Positions 26,271 through 35,397 of a stretch of DNA of 57,516 bases are shown piece by piece (the stretch's first letter is position 1; every line of letters begins with the position of its first letter). The notes below the pieces were generated by a model that saw only the letters and a program-made list of their open reading frames with translations, did no database searches and was not told the origin of the DNA. Where the stretch lies: the IMG/VR virus record IMGVR_UViG_3300032770_000008. One strand, given 5' to 3'. Position numbers and translations under genes: made by a program. This DNA comes from an uncultured virus (IMG/VR IMGVR_UViG_3300032770_000008). Its lineage: Duplodnaviria; Heunggongvirae; Uroviricota; Caudoviricetes.

Positions 26271-27533
26271 CTACGATCCGTCACCGGACAAGTTGTAGAG
26301 CTGCGCCGTTCCCGATGATCCCGCGCCGGCTGCCCCACCAGTGCCGAACGAATTTCCGGCCGCTCCACCTGGCACGGTCGTGGTGCAGCCAGCGGCGCGA
26401 TGCGAGTAGATGAAGATCACCACACCACCACCACCACCACCGCCACCACTCGCGCCAGTACCACCCGCGAGAACTCCGTCAGCGCCGGCGCCGCCGCCGG
26501 ACGCGATGAGCAACGTGCCGGCACATTGGTTCGCGCTCACGAACGCGATCCCGCCGCCACCGCCACCTCCTCCTCCAGTACACGCACCACCAGCACAACC
26601 GCCACCACCGCCGCCCGTGCCGTAGAGATCCCACTGATTACCGTACGAGTCATAACGACCGCTCCAGCCACCAATCGCATCGAAATATCCGACGTTGACG
26701 GACGGATTAGCGATCGAACCCCCTGTGCCGCCCGTGCCGGCGCCGGTCGTGCCTCCGCCGCCGCCTTGTCCGAGGCCCGCCCCGGGTGAGCCCGCTGGGG
26801 AGGCGCTCTGCGCGGGCCACTGCGGGATCGCGCCGGGATTCGAGCTACCACCGTTTCCGGCGCCAGGACTCATCGCCCCCGCGCCGCCCGCGCCGTTGCA
26901 TGCCTGATAGTAGTGCGTGTTCAGGCCACCGCAGTGTCCTCCGAGCGCGCCTGAGCCAGGAAATCCGCCGTTCGTGATCGTCGCGCCCGCGCCGCCGCCC
27001 GTCAGCGTGCCGTACACCATCACGCGCCAGTTGTCCTCGCGCACGATCACGCCTGCGGCGACGGTCATGTTGAGCGGCGCGATGTCGCGTTGGAGCGTGT
27101 ACGTCGAACCCGACAACGTCGCGCCGCACACCGGCGTGGCGACGCCGTCGAAGTTGCACGTGCCGTCGCCGCCATCCGCGTAGTAGACCGAGCTGTTCGT
27201 TCCAGGGCTCGTCGCGATCGTTCCCGTCCCCGTGATCGGATTCGGCGTACACGTGAGCCCCGTGCCGCACGTGATGCTCGTGACGCCGGCAGGTCCGCCT
27301 GCGCCGATCTTCGTCCAGCTCGTATTGGTCGCGCCACTCTTGTAGTAGAGCGATGGCGAATCCGTCCGAACGAGGAGTTGGTTGAGCGGCGCCGACATGC
27401 CCGGCGCGATCGTCGGATCCGCGCTCGAGAACCAGTACAGGCCCACGCTCGGCTGAGGACCATCCGCGAGCACGTACGTAGCGATCGCGACGATGCCGAG
27501 CGCGATACCGAGTTGGAGAACCGTCTTCTTCAC
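26271..27533 (-). CDS. Exported glycine-rich fibre-like protein (420 aa)
   Basis: Signal peptide MKKTVLQLGIALGIVAIATYVLA; GDGGDG-like motif; long GGGGGG tracts. Confidence 0.75.
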   Translation of the reverse strand: MKKTVLQLGIALGIVAIATYVLADGPQPSVGLYWFSSADPTIAPGMSAPLNQLLVRTDSPSLYYKSGATNTSWTKIGAGGPAGVTSITCGTGLTCTPNPITGTGTIATSPGTNSSVYYADGGDGTCNFDGVATPVCGATLSGSTYTLQRDIAPLNMTVAAGVIVREDNWRVMVYGTLTGGGAGATITNGGFPGSGALGGHCGGLNTHYYQACNGAGGAGAMSPGAGNGGSSNPGAIPQWPAQSASPAGSPGAGLGQGGGGGTTGAGTGGTGGSIANPSVNVGYFDAIGGWSGRYDSYGNQWDLYGTGGGGGGCAGGACTGGGGGGGGGIAFVSANQCAGTLLIASGGGAGADGVLAGGTGASGGGGGGGGVVIFIYSHRAAGCTTTVPGGAAGNSFGTGGAAGAGSSGTAQLYNLSGDGS

Positions 27534-29029
27534 GATGACCTCCGCGCGAGTCTCGCCGCGTTTTCCATCTCGATCAGTTCCTTGACCGCCTCGCCGTGAC
27601 TCGTGCTGCGCAGCGCGGCCTGCGCATCGTCGATCGCGCGCCGAAGATCCTCGGCGCTGATCCCCCGCGGCTTCTTCCGTCCCTTCTCGATGTCACCCAG
27701 GATCGCGAGCGTCGACGCGCGCTCGACGACGCCTGCGATCATCGCGCCCGAGACGAAGTCGCGGAGTCGGAGTAGGAGGCCCTCACCAACATCGCGGATC
27801 ACGCGACCATCGTCGAAGATCTCGGCGATCGCACCGTCCGCGAGGTCGCCGTGCACGGGCCGGCCCCGGAGATGGATCGCGAAGATGGCGCGGCAATCCT
27901 CCCGCGTCGGGCGCGTGACCCGCACCTTGCGATCGATGCGACCGTCGCGCGTGACCGCCGGATCGAGCATGTCGGCGCGATTGGTGGCGAGCAGGACCAT
28001 CGCCGCGTTCTCGTCGAGACCGTCCATCTCCGCGAGGAACTGCGGGACGACCGTGGCGTTTAGCGTGTTGTTCGTGCCGCGATCGCGCGCGCCGAGGAGC
28101 GCGTCGCATTCGTCGAGAAACACGATCGCCGGGTACCCGCACACCGCGCGATGCTCGCGCGCGGCCGCGAACACCTGGCGCACGCGCTCTTCGGTCTTGC
28201 CGAAGATCCCGTGGAGGAGCTCGGGACCCTTCACGTAGATGAAGCCCGTCGACGCGGTCTCGCCGTGCGCGCGGGCGAGCGAGGTCGCGGCCGCCTTGGC
28301 GATGAGCGTCTTGCCTAGCCCCGACGCCCCCTCGAGCAGCACGCCCTTGCACGGCTGCTTGGCGTAGGCAGCGAACAGCTCGGGATGCGCGTGTGGCAGC
28401 TCGATCGCCTCGCGCAGCGCGGCCTTGGCCTCTTCTTGGCCGCCGATGTCGTCCCATGACACCGACACCTTCGGCCGGAACGCGTAGTCCGCGGGGGGCT
28501 TGCCGAGCGAGCCGATCACGAACGTGAGCGACGCGTCGAGGATCACGCGCTCGCCCTCCTGGTGATCGAACGAGCTCCGGTACGTCTTCTTCTCGGATAG
28601 GTATTCGGCCTCGATCATCCCGCGTTCTTTGTCGAATGCCTTGACCACCACGATCGTCCCGGTCGGCACGGCGTCGCGGATCACCTCCACGGCCGCCATC
28701 GTGTTGCGCGTCGTGAGCACGCGATCGCCGACGCGCGCCTCCTTGATCCGCTGGACATCGAGCGCGTTGCCAGGCCCGAACGAGAGGCTCATCCGATCCT
28801 CGCGGAGCTCGACAACCGTCGCCATCAGGAGCGGCTCCTTCTTGATCCCGGCGAGGAGCTCGTCGGCCTCGCGGACGCGCGCGCGGAGCTCCGCGAGCTC
28901 GCTGTAGCGCTCGTGGCGCGAGGGCGGATCGGGGGTGTCAAACCCCGGGCGCACATAATCGCGATCGTCGCTCGTCCCCTGGTGAACGACGCGGCCGGAA
29001 CGATCGAATACCTTGACGGAGACGGGCAT
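27530..29029 (-). CDS. arc: Proteasome-type AAA+ ATPase (ARC/Mpa/PAN-like)
   Basis: Coiled coil + OB-like N-region; WDDIGG, GASGLGKT, VKGPELL, FLDECDALL, VVPQFLAEMDG, ATNRADMLDPAV.R.GRID, DFVSGAMI. Confidence 0.85.
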   Translation of the reverse strand: MPVSVKVFDRSGRVVHQGTSDDRDYVRPGFDTPDPPSRHERYSELAELRARVREADELLAGIKKEPLLMATVVELREDRMSLSFGPGNALDVQRIKEARVGDRVLTTRNTMAAVEVIRDAVPTGTIVVVKAFDKERGMIEAEYLSEKKTYRSSFDHQEGERVILDASLTFVIGSLGKPPADYAFRPKVSVSWDDIGGQEEAKAALREAIELPHAHPELFAAYAKQPCKGVLLEGASGLGKTLIAKAAATSLARAHGETASTGFIYVKGPELLHGIFGKTEERVRQVFAAAREHRAVCGYPAIVFLDECDALLGARDRGTNNTLNATVVPQFLAEMDGLDENAAMVLLATNRADMLDPAVTRDGRIDRKVRVTRPTREDCRAIFAIHLRGRPVHGDLADGAIAEIFDDGRVIRDVGEGLLLRLRDFVSGAMIAGVVERASTLAILGDIEKGRKKPRGISAEDLRRAIDDAQAALRSTSHGEAVKELIEMENAARLARRSS

Positions 29030-29818
29030 CTATCCCGACGATACCATCCGGGACAGATCAGCCGCCACGGCGCGATCTCTCCGCAGAGCCGCGAGATCGG
29101 GCGTGTGCAGCGTTCGCCACCGCGATCCGTAACGCGCCACGCACGCCTCGCCGAGCTCCTTATCGCGCTTGATCAGACCGTGCGCCGCCGAGCTCGATCG
29201 CTCGAGCCACACGTGCAGCGCCGGCTGGAAGTCGATCCGACGGCCACCGTTCTCCAGCATCGCCCCGAGCACCGAATCTTCCGCGCCGATCCCATCGCAG
29301 CCATCCTCGAACCCGTTGACTTCCAGGAGCCACGCGAGCGGCAACGCGAACGTGCAGCCGAACAGCCATCCGCCGCCGCAGTCGCGGCGTCCCTCCGGGG
29401 CGAGCTCGCGCCGATGATCATCCTCGATCACGCCGTCTACGATCCGCGCGTACGATCCGGCGAGGACGCTCTGCCGATCGCCGTAGCCGAGACGGACCGC
29501 CTCGAGCCAGGTCGCGCCGAGCCAGCATCGATCATCGAGAAACGCGACGTAGTCCACACCGTCGGGGAACGCGACGATCGCCGCGTTCCCGGCACTGGCC
29601 TTCGCCCACGCACCGTCCGATCGTGGCGCGCGGATCAAGATCGCGCGCACGCCGCGCGGCACGTCGGCAGCGCCGAGCTCGGACAGCGATCGTGCGCGCG
29701 CGTCGACGACGACGAGATCGATCTCGTCGGAGGACCCCATTTGCTGCGCGAGCCCGGTCAGGAGCCAGGGCAGCTCGGGCTCCGCGCGAGCGGTCAGGTA
29801 CGCGATCCCTAGCCGCAC
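29030..29818 (-). CDS. GT-A glycosyltransferase
   Basis: AKASAGNAA, VAFLDDR, EVNGFEDGCDG...ED; paralog of 31130-32224. Confidence 0.8.
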   Translation of the reverse strand: MRLGIAYLTARAEPELPWLLTGLAQQMGSSDEIDLVVVDARARSLSELGAADVPRGVRAILIRAPRSDGAWAKASAGNAAIVAFPDGVDYVAFLDDRCWLGATWLEAVRLGYGDRQSVLAGSYARIVDGVIEDDHRRELAPEGRRDCGGGWLFGCTFALPLAWLLEVNGFEDGCDGIGAEDSVLGAMLENGGRRIDFQPALHVWLERSSSAAHGLIKRDKELGEACVARYGSRWRTLHTPDLAALRRDRAVAADLSRMVSSG

Positions 29819-29831
29819 GACGCGTCAGGTG

Positions 29832-30911
29832 TCAGGTACCGTCGCGATGCGCATGGATCTTCCACCACGGCGATCCGTGCCACGTTCCCGCCCAGATCGT
29901 CGGCCAGAGCGCGTGACGTCGCAAGATCACCGGCAGACTCAGCTGATCGCGCAGCGTCCACTTCTCGATCTCTTCCCACCACGCGCGCATCGCCGCCTCG
30001 ATCTTGGATCCGCGCGTCCGCGCGATCGCCCCGCCGGCGAACACGCCAGAGCGCGCGGGATGTCCCTCGTCACGGTAACTCGCGACCTGCTCTCTCACGC
30101 GAGGCAGTTCGTGCTTGCGACCGGACACCCCGGCGGATTCTTCGTAGATGCACTCGGTCGTCGCGCGATGCAGCGCGATCCCGTCCGGTCCAAGATCCGC
30201 AAGAGCTTCCTCGACGAAGCGTGCAGATGTGATCTCGCGGCTGCCATCGATCCAGATCGTGTATGCGTAGCGATCGAGCGACGGCGACAGCGGCCCGAGC
30301 ACCTTGTGGCGCTTCGCGGCGACGCGAGGGGGTTCGCGCGACGGCGCGACGTGAACCTCCCAATCGTCCCGATCGAGCAGGCGATCGTCGTCGGTGAAGA
30401 CGTGAAAGTCCACGCCCTCGATCGGCGGATGCGGGCGCAGCTGGTCGTATCCACCGTAGATCGCCGTATAGACGGCGACGCGGTCGACGAGATACACCGG
30501 CAATCGATACGGAACAGCAGGCTCGGGCCGCACCGCCTTCTGCGCTGGACCGACCTTGGCGATCGCGCTCGTCGTCGCGTGGAGAATCTCGCCCGAGCGC
30601 GTGTGCACCATCGTCGACACGAGCGACGCGCCGCCGGCGGCACTCGGTGCCGGCACCGGCGCGGCATCCCGCGTCGTCACTTTCGTCGCCGGAGGAGGTT
30701 GCGGCGGACTCACCCGCGCGGACGTCGACGAGACGATGCGATCGCCTGGGCGGACGTCGACTCCGGCCGCGATCGGCGGCGGCTGCGCGCGGGTCTCGGT
30801 CACGATGGATGGCGGGGGCTGCACGCGCGTCCCAGCAGCGATCGGCGGCGGCTGCGCGCGTGTCTCGGTCGCGATCGTGCGCTCGGGCTTGACGTCGATC
30901 GTGGACATCAC
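29832..30911 (-). CDS. DUF616-like glycosyltransferase with Pro/Thr-rich N-terminal extension
   Basis: VYTAIYGGYD, FTDD, IWIDGS, CIYEE, WWEEI...RDQLSLP. Confidence 0.8.
   Translation of the reverse strand: MMSTIDVKPERTIATETRAQPPPIAAGTRVQPPPSIVTETRAQPPPIAAGVDVRPGDRIVSSTSARVSPPQPPPATKVTTRDAAPVPAPSAAGGASLVSTMVHTRSGEILHATTSAIAKVGPAQKAVRPEPAVPYRLPVYLVDRVAVYTAIYGGYDQLRPHPPIEGVDFHVFTDDDRLLDRDDWEVHVAPSREPPRVAAKRHKVLGPLSPSLDRYAYTIWIDGSREITSARFVEEALADLGPDGIALHRATTECIYEESAGVSGRKHELPRVREQVASYRDEGHPARSGVFAGGAIARTRGSKIEAAMRAWWEEIEKWTLRDQLSLPVILRRHALWPTIWAGTWHGSPWWKIHAHRDGT
30769..30870. repeat. Intragenic direct repeat (TETRAQPPPIA x2)
   Basis: About 33-bp units at about 30769-30801 and 30838-30870, one mismatch. 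Confidence 0.8.
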
Positions 30912-31126
30912 GCTCCTCCCGGCACGTAGATCGGCGGCTGAGCAGCCACCGACTGCCGCGCCGCGAACGTACTGACGGTCGGCGTCGTCGTACCGATCTG
31001 TCCGAACGACGGCGTATCGGCGTAGGCGGAAACCGACGTGGACGGCAGCGCGATCGACGCGCCTTGATTGACTTGGGCGACCCCGAAGGCGGCCGTAACG
31101 AAGATCGATGGGAGCGTGATCAGCAT
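30908..31126 (-). CDS. Small hypothetical protein (72 aa)
   Basis: Fits the gap; stop overlaps the next start. Confidence 0.5.
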   Translation of the reverse strand: MLITLPSIFVTAAFGVAQVNQGASIALPSTSVSAYADTPSFGQIGTTTPTVSTFAARQSVAAQPPIYVPGGA

Positions 31127-31129
31127 CGG

Positions 31130-32224
31130 TCAGATCATATCGCGGATCGGTTGGCCATCGTACCAGTCCCGATAGTCGCCATTCGGATCTGGGATCGGAA
31201 ATGCCTCGCCGCGCGCGATCGCAGCGCGAAGCGCGCGCAGATCCGGCGTGAACTCCGTGCGCTGCCGTGAACCGAAGCGCGCGAGCGCCGCGTGCGATTT
31301 GTCGCGCGGAGACGCACCTTTGTCGATGCGACGAATCACCTCGTCGATCGCATCATGTTCGGCGGATTCTTCGATCGAGCGATCTTCAATCACCGCGAGA
31401 CCCGGATCGAACCGCAGCGGCTTACCGGAATTCTCGAGCATGCGGCCGAGCATCGTGTCCTCGCTCGAGAGCGAGTCGCAGCCCTCTTCGAGACCGTTGA
31501 TCTCGAGCAACCACTCGAGCGGCGCACCGTAGCAGCAACCGAACAACCACCCGCCGCCGCACGGCGCGAAGCCCCGCGCATGATGCAACCGCGCATCACG
31601 GCCGATCGAGACACCAGGTGCCGCGATCAAGCCGCCCTCGACGGCCAGCGCGACGCGTTTCTCGTAGGTCCCGCAGACGACGTATCCGCCGGTGATCGCC
31701 GCGCGAGCCCGCGCGAGCCACCCGGGCTGGAGCACGAGCCGATCATCGAGGAAGAAGATCCACGGTGTCTGACAGAGTGCGATCGCCGTATTCGACGCGG
31801 AGCTCTTCGCCCACCAGTGACCTCGCGTGATGCGATGCGGACCCTGCCAGATCGTCGGCTTGGGCGTAACACAACGCAAGCTCGCGAGGCGCGGCCACCG
31901 TGCGGCATCGAGCTGACGGCCGTGAAAATCGACGACGATTACATGAACGCGCTCATCCGAAATCTGCCACGAGAGCGAGTCGAGCATCCATTCGACGCGC
32001 GGATCCTTGCGCCCGCAGATATACGCGATCGTCAGCTCGGGAGCGATCACCTGCTTCGGAACTACGGCGGGGAGTCCAGTCGCGCGTCCACGCGCGACGA
32101 TCGGCGAAGACATATCGACACTTCGAACCGCCGTCTTCGCGACAGGCGCCATGCCCGAGGAGCGCCTTCCTGACACGACCGTCGATGAATCGAGCGAGAC
32201 GCGTGGCGGAGGTCGACGACTCAC
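31130..32224 (-). CDS. GT-A glycosyltransferase with low-complexity N-terminal extension
   Basis: VIVVD, AKSSASNTA, IFFLDDR, EINGLEEGCD...ED; GTGA-coupled start. Confidence 0.8.
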   Translation of the reverse strand: MSRRPPPRVSLDSSTVVSGRRSSGMAPVAKTAVRSVDMSSPIVARGRATGLPAVVPKQVIAPELTIAYICGRKDPRVEWMLDSLSWQISDERVHVIVVDFHGRQLDAARWPRLASLRCVTPKPTIWQGPHRITRGHWWAKSSASNTAIALCQTPWIFFLDDRLVLQPGWLARARAAITGGYVVCGTYEKRVALAVEGGLIAAPGVSIGRDARLHHARGFAPCGGGWLFGCCYGAPLEWLLEINGLEEGCDSLSSEDTMLGRMLENSGKPLRFDPGLAVIEDRSIEESAEHDAIDEVIRRIDKGASPRDKSHAALARFGSRQRTEFTPDLRALRAAIARGEAFPIPDPNGDYRDWYDGQPIRDMI

Positions 32225-32679
32225 GGCGCGCCTGCCTTCGACATCACGATCCATTCTTCGGGTAACGCGCCATCCGGCGGCGCTACCTCAGAGCGGCTCA
32301 CGTATCCAGCGCGCTCTGCGGCTCGGCGCGACGGGATGTTTTCAACACGAATCGCCGCAAACACTTCCTCGTCGGCGAAGCGAGCAAGCCCCTTGTAGAT
32401 CTCGCTACCGATTCCCTGGCCTCGTCGCGACAAATCAACGGCGAGAGAGATCCAGAGGCGGCCGTCGCGGCGCTGGAGCATCCCGTACCCGACGATCGGA
32501 TCACCGACCACGTAACAAATGAAATCGCGCCCCGACCGTGCCAGCACGCTCTCGAGCCACGCGCGTTGCTCTTCTTCCGTGATGGCGTCGCCGTCACGAA
32601 ACCACGCGCGTCCATCATTTCGGATTCGGCGGATGGCCTCCGCGTCATCAAGCGTCGCGAGCTCGCGCCAGATCGTCAC
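32221..32679 (-). CDS. GNAT N-acetyltransferase (PseH-like sugar acetyltransferase)
   Basis: IRRIRN...ITEEEQRAW, RRGQGIG, ENIPSRRAAERAGY. Confidence 0.82.
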   Translation of the reverse strand: MTIWRELATLDDAEAIRRIRNDGRAWFRDGDAITEEEQRAWLESVLARSGRDFICYVVGDPIVGYGMLQRRDGRLWISLAVDLSRRGQGIGSEIYKGLARFADEEVFAAIRVENIPSRRAAERAGYVSRSEVAPPDGALPEEWIVMSKAGAP

Positions 32680-33593
32680 CGTGCCTGCTCGCGGTGAAGT
32701 CGCGGCCAGATCGATCCGTCGATGAGCTCTCGAAACGTCGAGAGATCCCATTTGGCGATAAAGCGGTTGTCGTTGTCATCGAGCTCGCTACGTACCGTTG
32801 GATGGAAGAAGGTGAGTCCCGAGATATGCCCGAGCAGCGCGCCCTGCGAGATGAGATTCTTCTTGCCGGCTCGAAGTGCGCGGATCCCCCAATCACAATC
32901 ACCGTAATTCGTCCCCACGAACGATTCGTCGCAGCCGCCGATCACGTCGAAGAAATTCGGCGCCGCGCAGTACATCATGAGCGCGTGACCGTCGTCTGTC
33001 GTGAAGCTCGTCCGTGGGCTGTGCACGAGATCGCCATCGAACGAGAATCCGTGTTTGTCACACCACGCGCGCATCGCCGCGTTCGACAATACCTTCGCCT
33101 CGACCTCGGGTCGGATCCGATCCCAGAACGCCGGATCTTTGAAGGCCGCCGGACAAGGATTGCCCCAGTGATAGGGGAGATAACGCGGCGACGCGATCAC
33201 GTTGCCGCGGCCGTACTTCATTTCCGCAGCACGCACGTCCGTGACCAAGTTCCTGAGCCATCCACGTGCTGGCTTGACATCGTTGTGGAGGCACACGAAC
33301 AGGTCGTCGCCGCGTTGCTTGGCGATCTCCGTCGCCTGATTCATGAGATACGTCTGACTGCCGGAATCGCGACGAACCGCATCGACACCCGCAGGGAGAC
33401 GTGCGCGAAGATCCGCGTCGAGCTCTTCATCGTCGGTCCAATACACGATCGTCAACGTCGCAGCATCGCCATCGAGCTTCATCACGCGCTGGAGAATGGA
33501 CGCGCATTCGACGACCATGTCGTTGTAGCCAGGCAAGCCACGTCGAACGTAGTGGGTGACATAGATCCCGACCACGCTCACCTCCGCATCCAC
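32676..33593 (-). CDS. GT-A glycosyltransferase (family 2-like)
   Basis: VCLHNDV...GWL, IGGCDESF...YGDCDW, GH...T, RFIAKW. Confidence 0.8.
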   Translation of the reverse strand: MDAEVSVVGIYVTHYVRRGLPGYNDMVVECASILQRVMKLDGDAATLTIVYWTDDEELDADLRARLPAGVDAVRRDSGSQTYLMNQATEIAKQRGDDLFVCLHNDVKPARGWLRNLVTDVRAAEMKYGRGNVIASPRYLPYHWGNPCPAAFKDPAFWDRIRPEVEAKVLSNAAMRAWCDKHGFSFDGDLVHSPRTSFTTDDGHALMMYCAAPNFFDVIGGCDESFVGTNYGDCDWGIRALRAGKKNLISQGALLGHISGLTFFHPTVRSELDDNDNRFIAKWDLSTFRELIDGSIWPRLHREQAR

Positions 33594-34663
33594 GCGAGCG
33601 TCGCGTCCACAATCTGCTCGAGATCAAGATCGTTGAGCCATGCCCCACAGGGCAACGCGAGCTGACGGGCCGCGAAACGATCGAGACCTGGAAGCGAGCG
33701 TCGGAAGCGCGCCACGCACGAGTGCTCGTCGCAGCGCCGATGAACCTGCGACGTTTCGATCGCGCGCTCTCGCATGAACGCCTGGAAACCGGCGCGATCC
33801 GCGACCAGAATGGGAAAAAACCAATACGACGATCGCTCCGTCGCGAGCGGGGGCAGCTCCACGCGGTCGTTTCCCGAGCGCGCGATTTCGTTCGCGATCG
33901 CCGTCCACATCCGACGCGCATTCTGACGATGTAACTCAACGCCGTCGATCGCGACGGGCAAATTTGCACGACCGATCGCGGCTGCCAGATCGTTCATGTG
34001 GAATTTGAAACCTGCTTCGGCGATGTCTTGTCCCGCGCGGAAATCTACCTTCGATCTGCGATCGAGCCCGAACCAGCGCAGAAGCCGCGCGCGATCGAGC
34101 TGATCGGCAGGGACGACGATCGCGCCACCATCGCCGCACGTGAGGTGCTTGATCGCCTGGAACGAGAAGCACACGTAATCAGCGTCCCCACTCGAACCAA
34201 ACGCGTGCGCCGCATCTTCGACGATCGGAATGTTCGGCGCCGCGGCGCGAAGCGCTGCGTAATCGCATCGCGTACCAGCCCAATCGATCGCAACAATCGC
34301 GCGCGTCTCTAGCAGCAACGCGCTCCGCTCGACGCTCGCTGGATCGATGAGTCCCGTGGTCGGATCGACATCGGCCCACTCGATCGCGGCCCCCAGGTGC
34401 ACCAACGGCGCGATAGTCGCGAAACAAGTCATCGGCGATACGATCACAGTGTCGAGCGCGTCGAGGCCGATGAGGTGATACGCAAGATGAAGAGCGCTTG
34501 TTCCCGAGTTCAAGGTCAGAAGGTTCGAATCGCCAAGGGCTTCCTGCAAATCGCGCTCGAACGCCTCGACGACGGGTCCCTGCGCGATCTGACCGGAGCG
34601 CAGCACGTCCGCGACGGCCGTCACCGCCTCATCCGCCATGCGTACTTTGAATAGCGAGATCAC
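33578..34663 (-). CDS. DegT/DnrJ/EryC1/StrS PLP-dependent sugar aminotransferase
   Basis: NSGTSALHLA, EDAAHAFG, FSFQAIKHLTCGDGG, FKFHMNDLAAAIG. Confidence 0.93.
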   Translation of the reverse strand: MISLFKVRMADEAVTAVADVLRSGQIAQGPVVEAFERDLQEALGDSNLLTLNSGTSALHLAYHLIGLDALDTVIVSPMTCFATIAPLVHLGAAIEWADVDPTTGLIDPASVERSALLLETRAIVAIDWAGTRCDYAALRAAAPNIPIVEDAAHAFGSSGDADYVCFSFQAIKHLTCGDGGAIVVPADQLDRARLLRWFGLDRRSKVDFRAGQDIAEAGFKFHMNDLAAAIGRANLPVAIDGVELHRQNARRMWTAIANEIARSGNDRVELPPLATERSSYWFFPILVADRAGFQAFMRERAIETSQVHRRCDEHSCVARFRRSLPGLDRFAARQLALPCGAWLNDLDLEQIVDATLAWMRR

Positions 34664-34758
34664 GAACGGTCGCTCCGGCCATCAAAGGGCGCTTCGAGCT
34701 TCTCGACGAGATACGATCCGAGAAAGCCGAACCCACCCGTGACGAGGATCCTCTTCAT
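34660..34758 (-). pseudogene. N-terminal remnant of an NAD-dependent epimerase/dehydratase
   Basis: 32-aa ORF MKRILVTGGFGFLGSYLVEKL..., abutting the upstream stop and overlapping the downstream start. Confidence 0.7.
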
Positions 34759-35397
34759 TCAGCGCGTCCGCTGCATCACGACGCCCGTGCCGAGGCGATA
34801 CCGGTCAACGAACCCGAGTTCGAGCGCCCTGTCGTGCGCGCGCTTCACCGTTCCCGTCGACCAATCGAGGTCGTCGAGCGCCAAGAATCCGCCGACATCG
34901 ACTTTCGCCGCGAAGCGATCGACGTCGCGGATCGCCTGCTCGTTGTGATTGCCATCGATCGAGAGCAGCTGAATCGACGCGGGAGGCTCGACGTCGTCGG
35001 ACGGCGCCCGCCGGATGTCGCAGATGCCATCCACCTCGTGTTTCTTGAGTCGGGCGCGGAACACCTGGTACACGCGCTCGTGATCGACCTTGCTCCACCA
35101 CTCGATGTTTTTCTTCGTGTTGACCTCGGAGTCCGCCGCCATGCCGGCCACGGAAGCGGCCGACGACCACGGATCGATCGCGATGAAGCGCCCGGCGACG
35201 CCGTGCTCGACGCGCGCGACATGCTTCATCGCGAGCAGCATCGGGATCGCCGAGCCGCCCTGCCAGATACCAATCTCGACGACCATCCGGGGGCGCATCG
35301 CGAGCACGATCGACGCGAGCGTCTGTGCACGCGAGAGCGAGCACCAATCGCCACCCTCGGGTAAGCAGCGCTCGATCTCGGCCATCACATCTTTCAT
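34759..35397 (-). CDS. Class I SAM methyltransferase (Methyltransf_24-like)
   Basis: VEIGIWQGGS, IAIDPW, LLSIDGNH, GGFLALDD. Confidence 0.85.
   Translation of the reverse strand: MKDVMAEIERCLPEGGDWCSLSRAQTLASIVLAMRPRMVVEIGIWQGGSAIPMLLAMKHVARVEHGVAGRFIAIDPWSSAASVAGMAADSEVNTKKNIEWWSKVDHERVYQVFRARLKKHEVDGICDIRRAPSDDVEPPASIQLLSIDGNHNEQAIRDVDRFAAKVDVGGFLALDDLDWSTGTVKRAHDRALELGFVDRYRLGTGVVMQRTR

Noticed and set aside
26420..26770. (CCA/CCG)n tandem repeats
   Set aside because: Explained by poly-Gly codons of the minus-strand glycine-rich protein.
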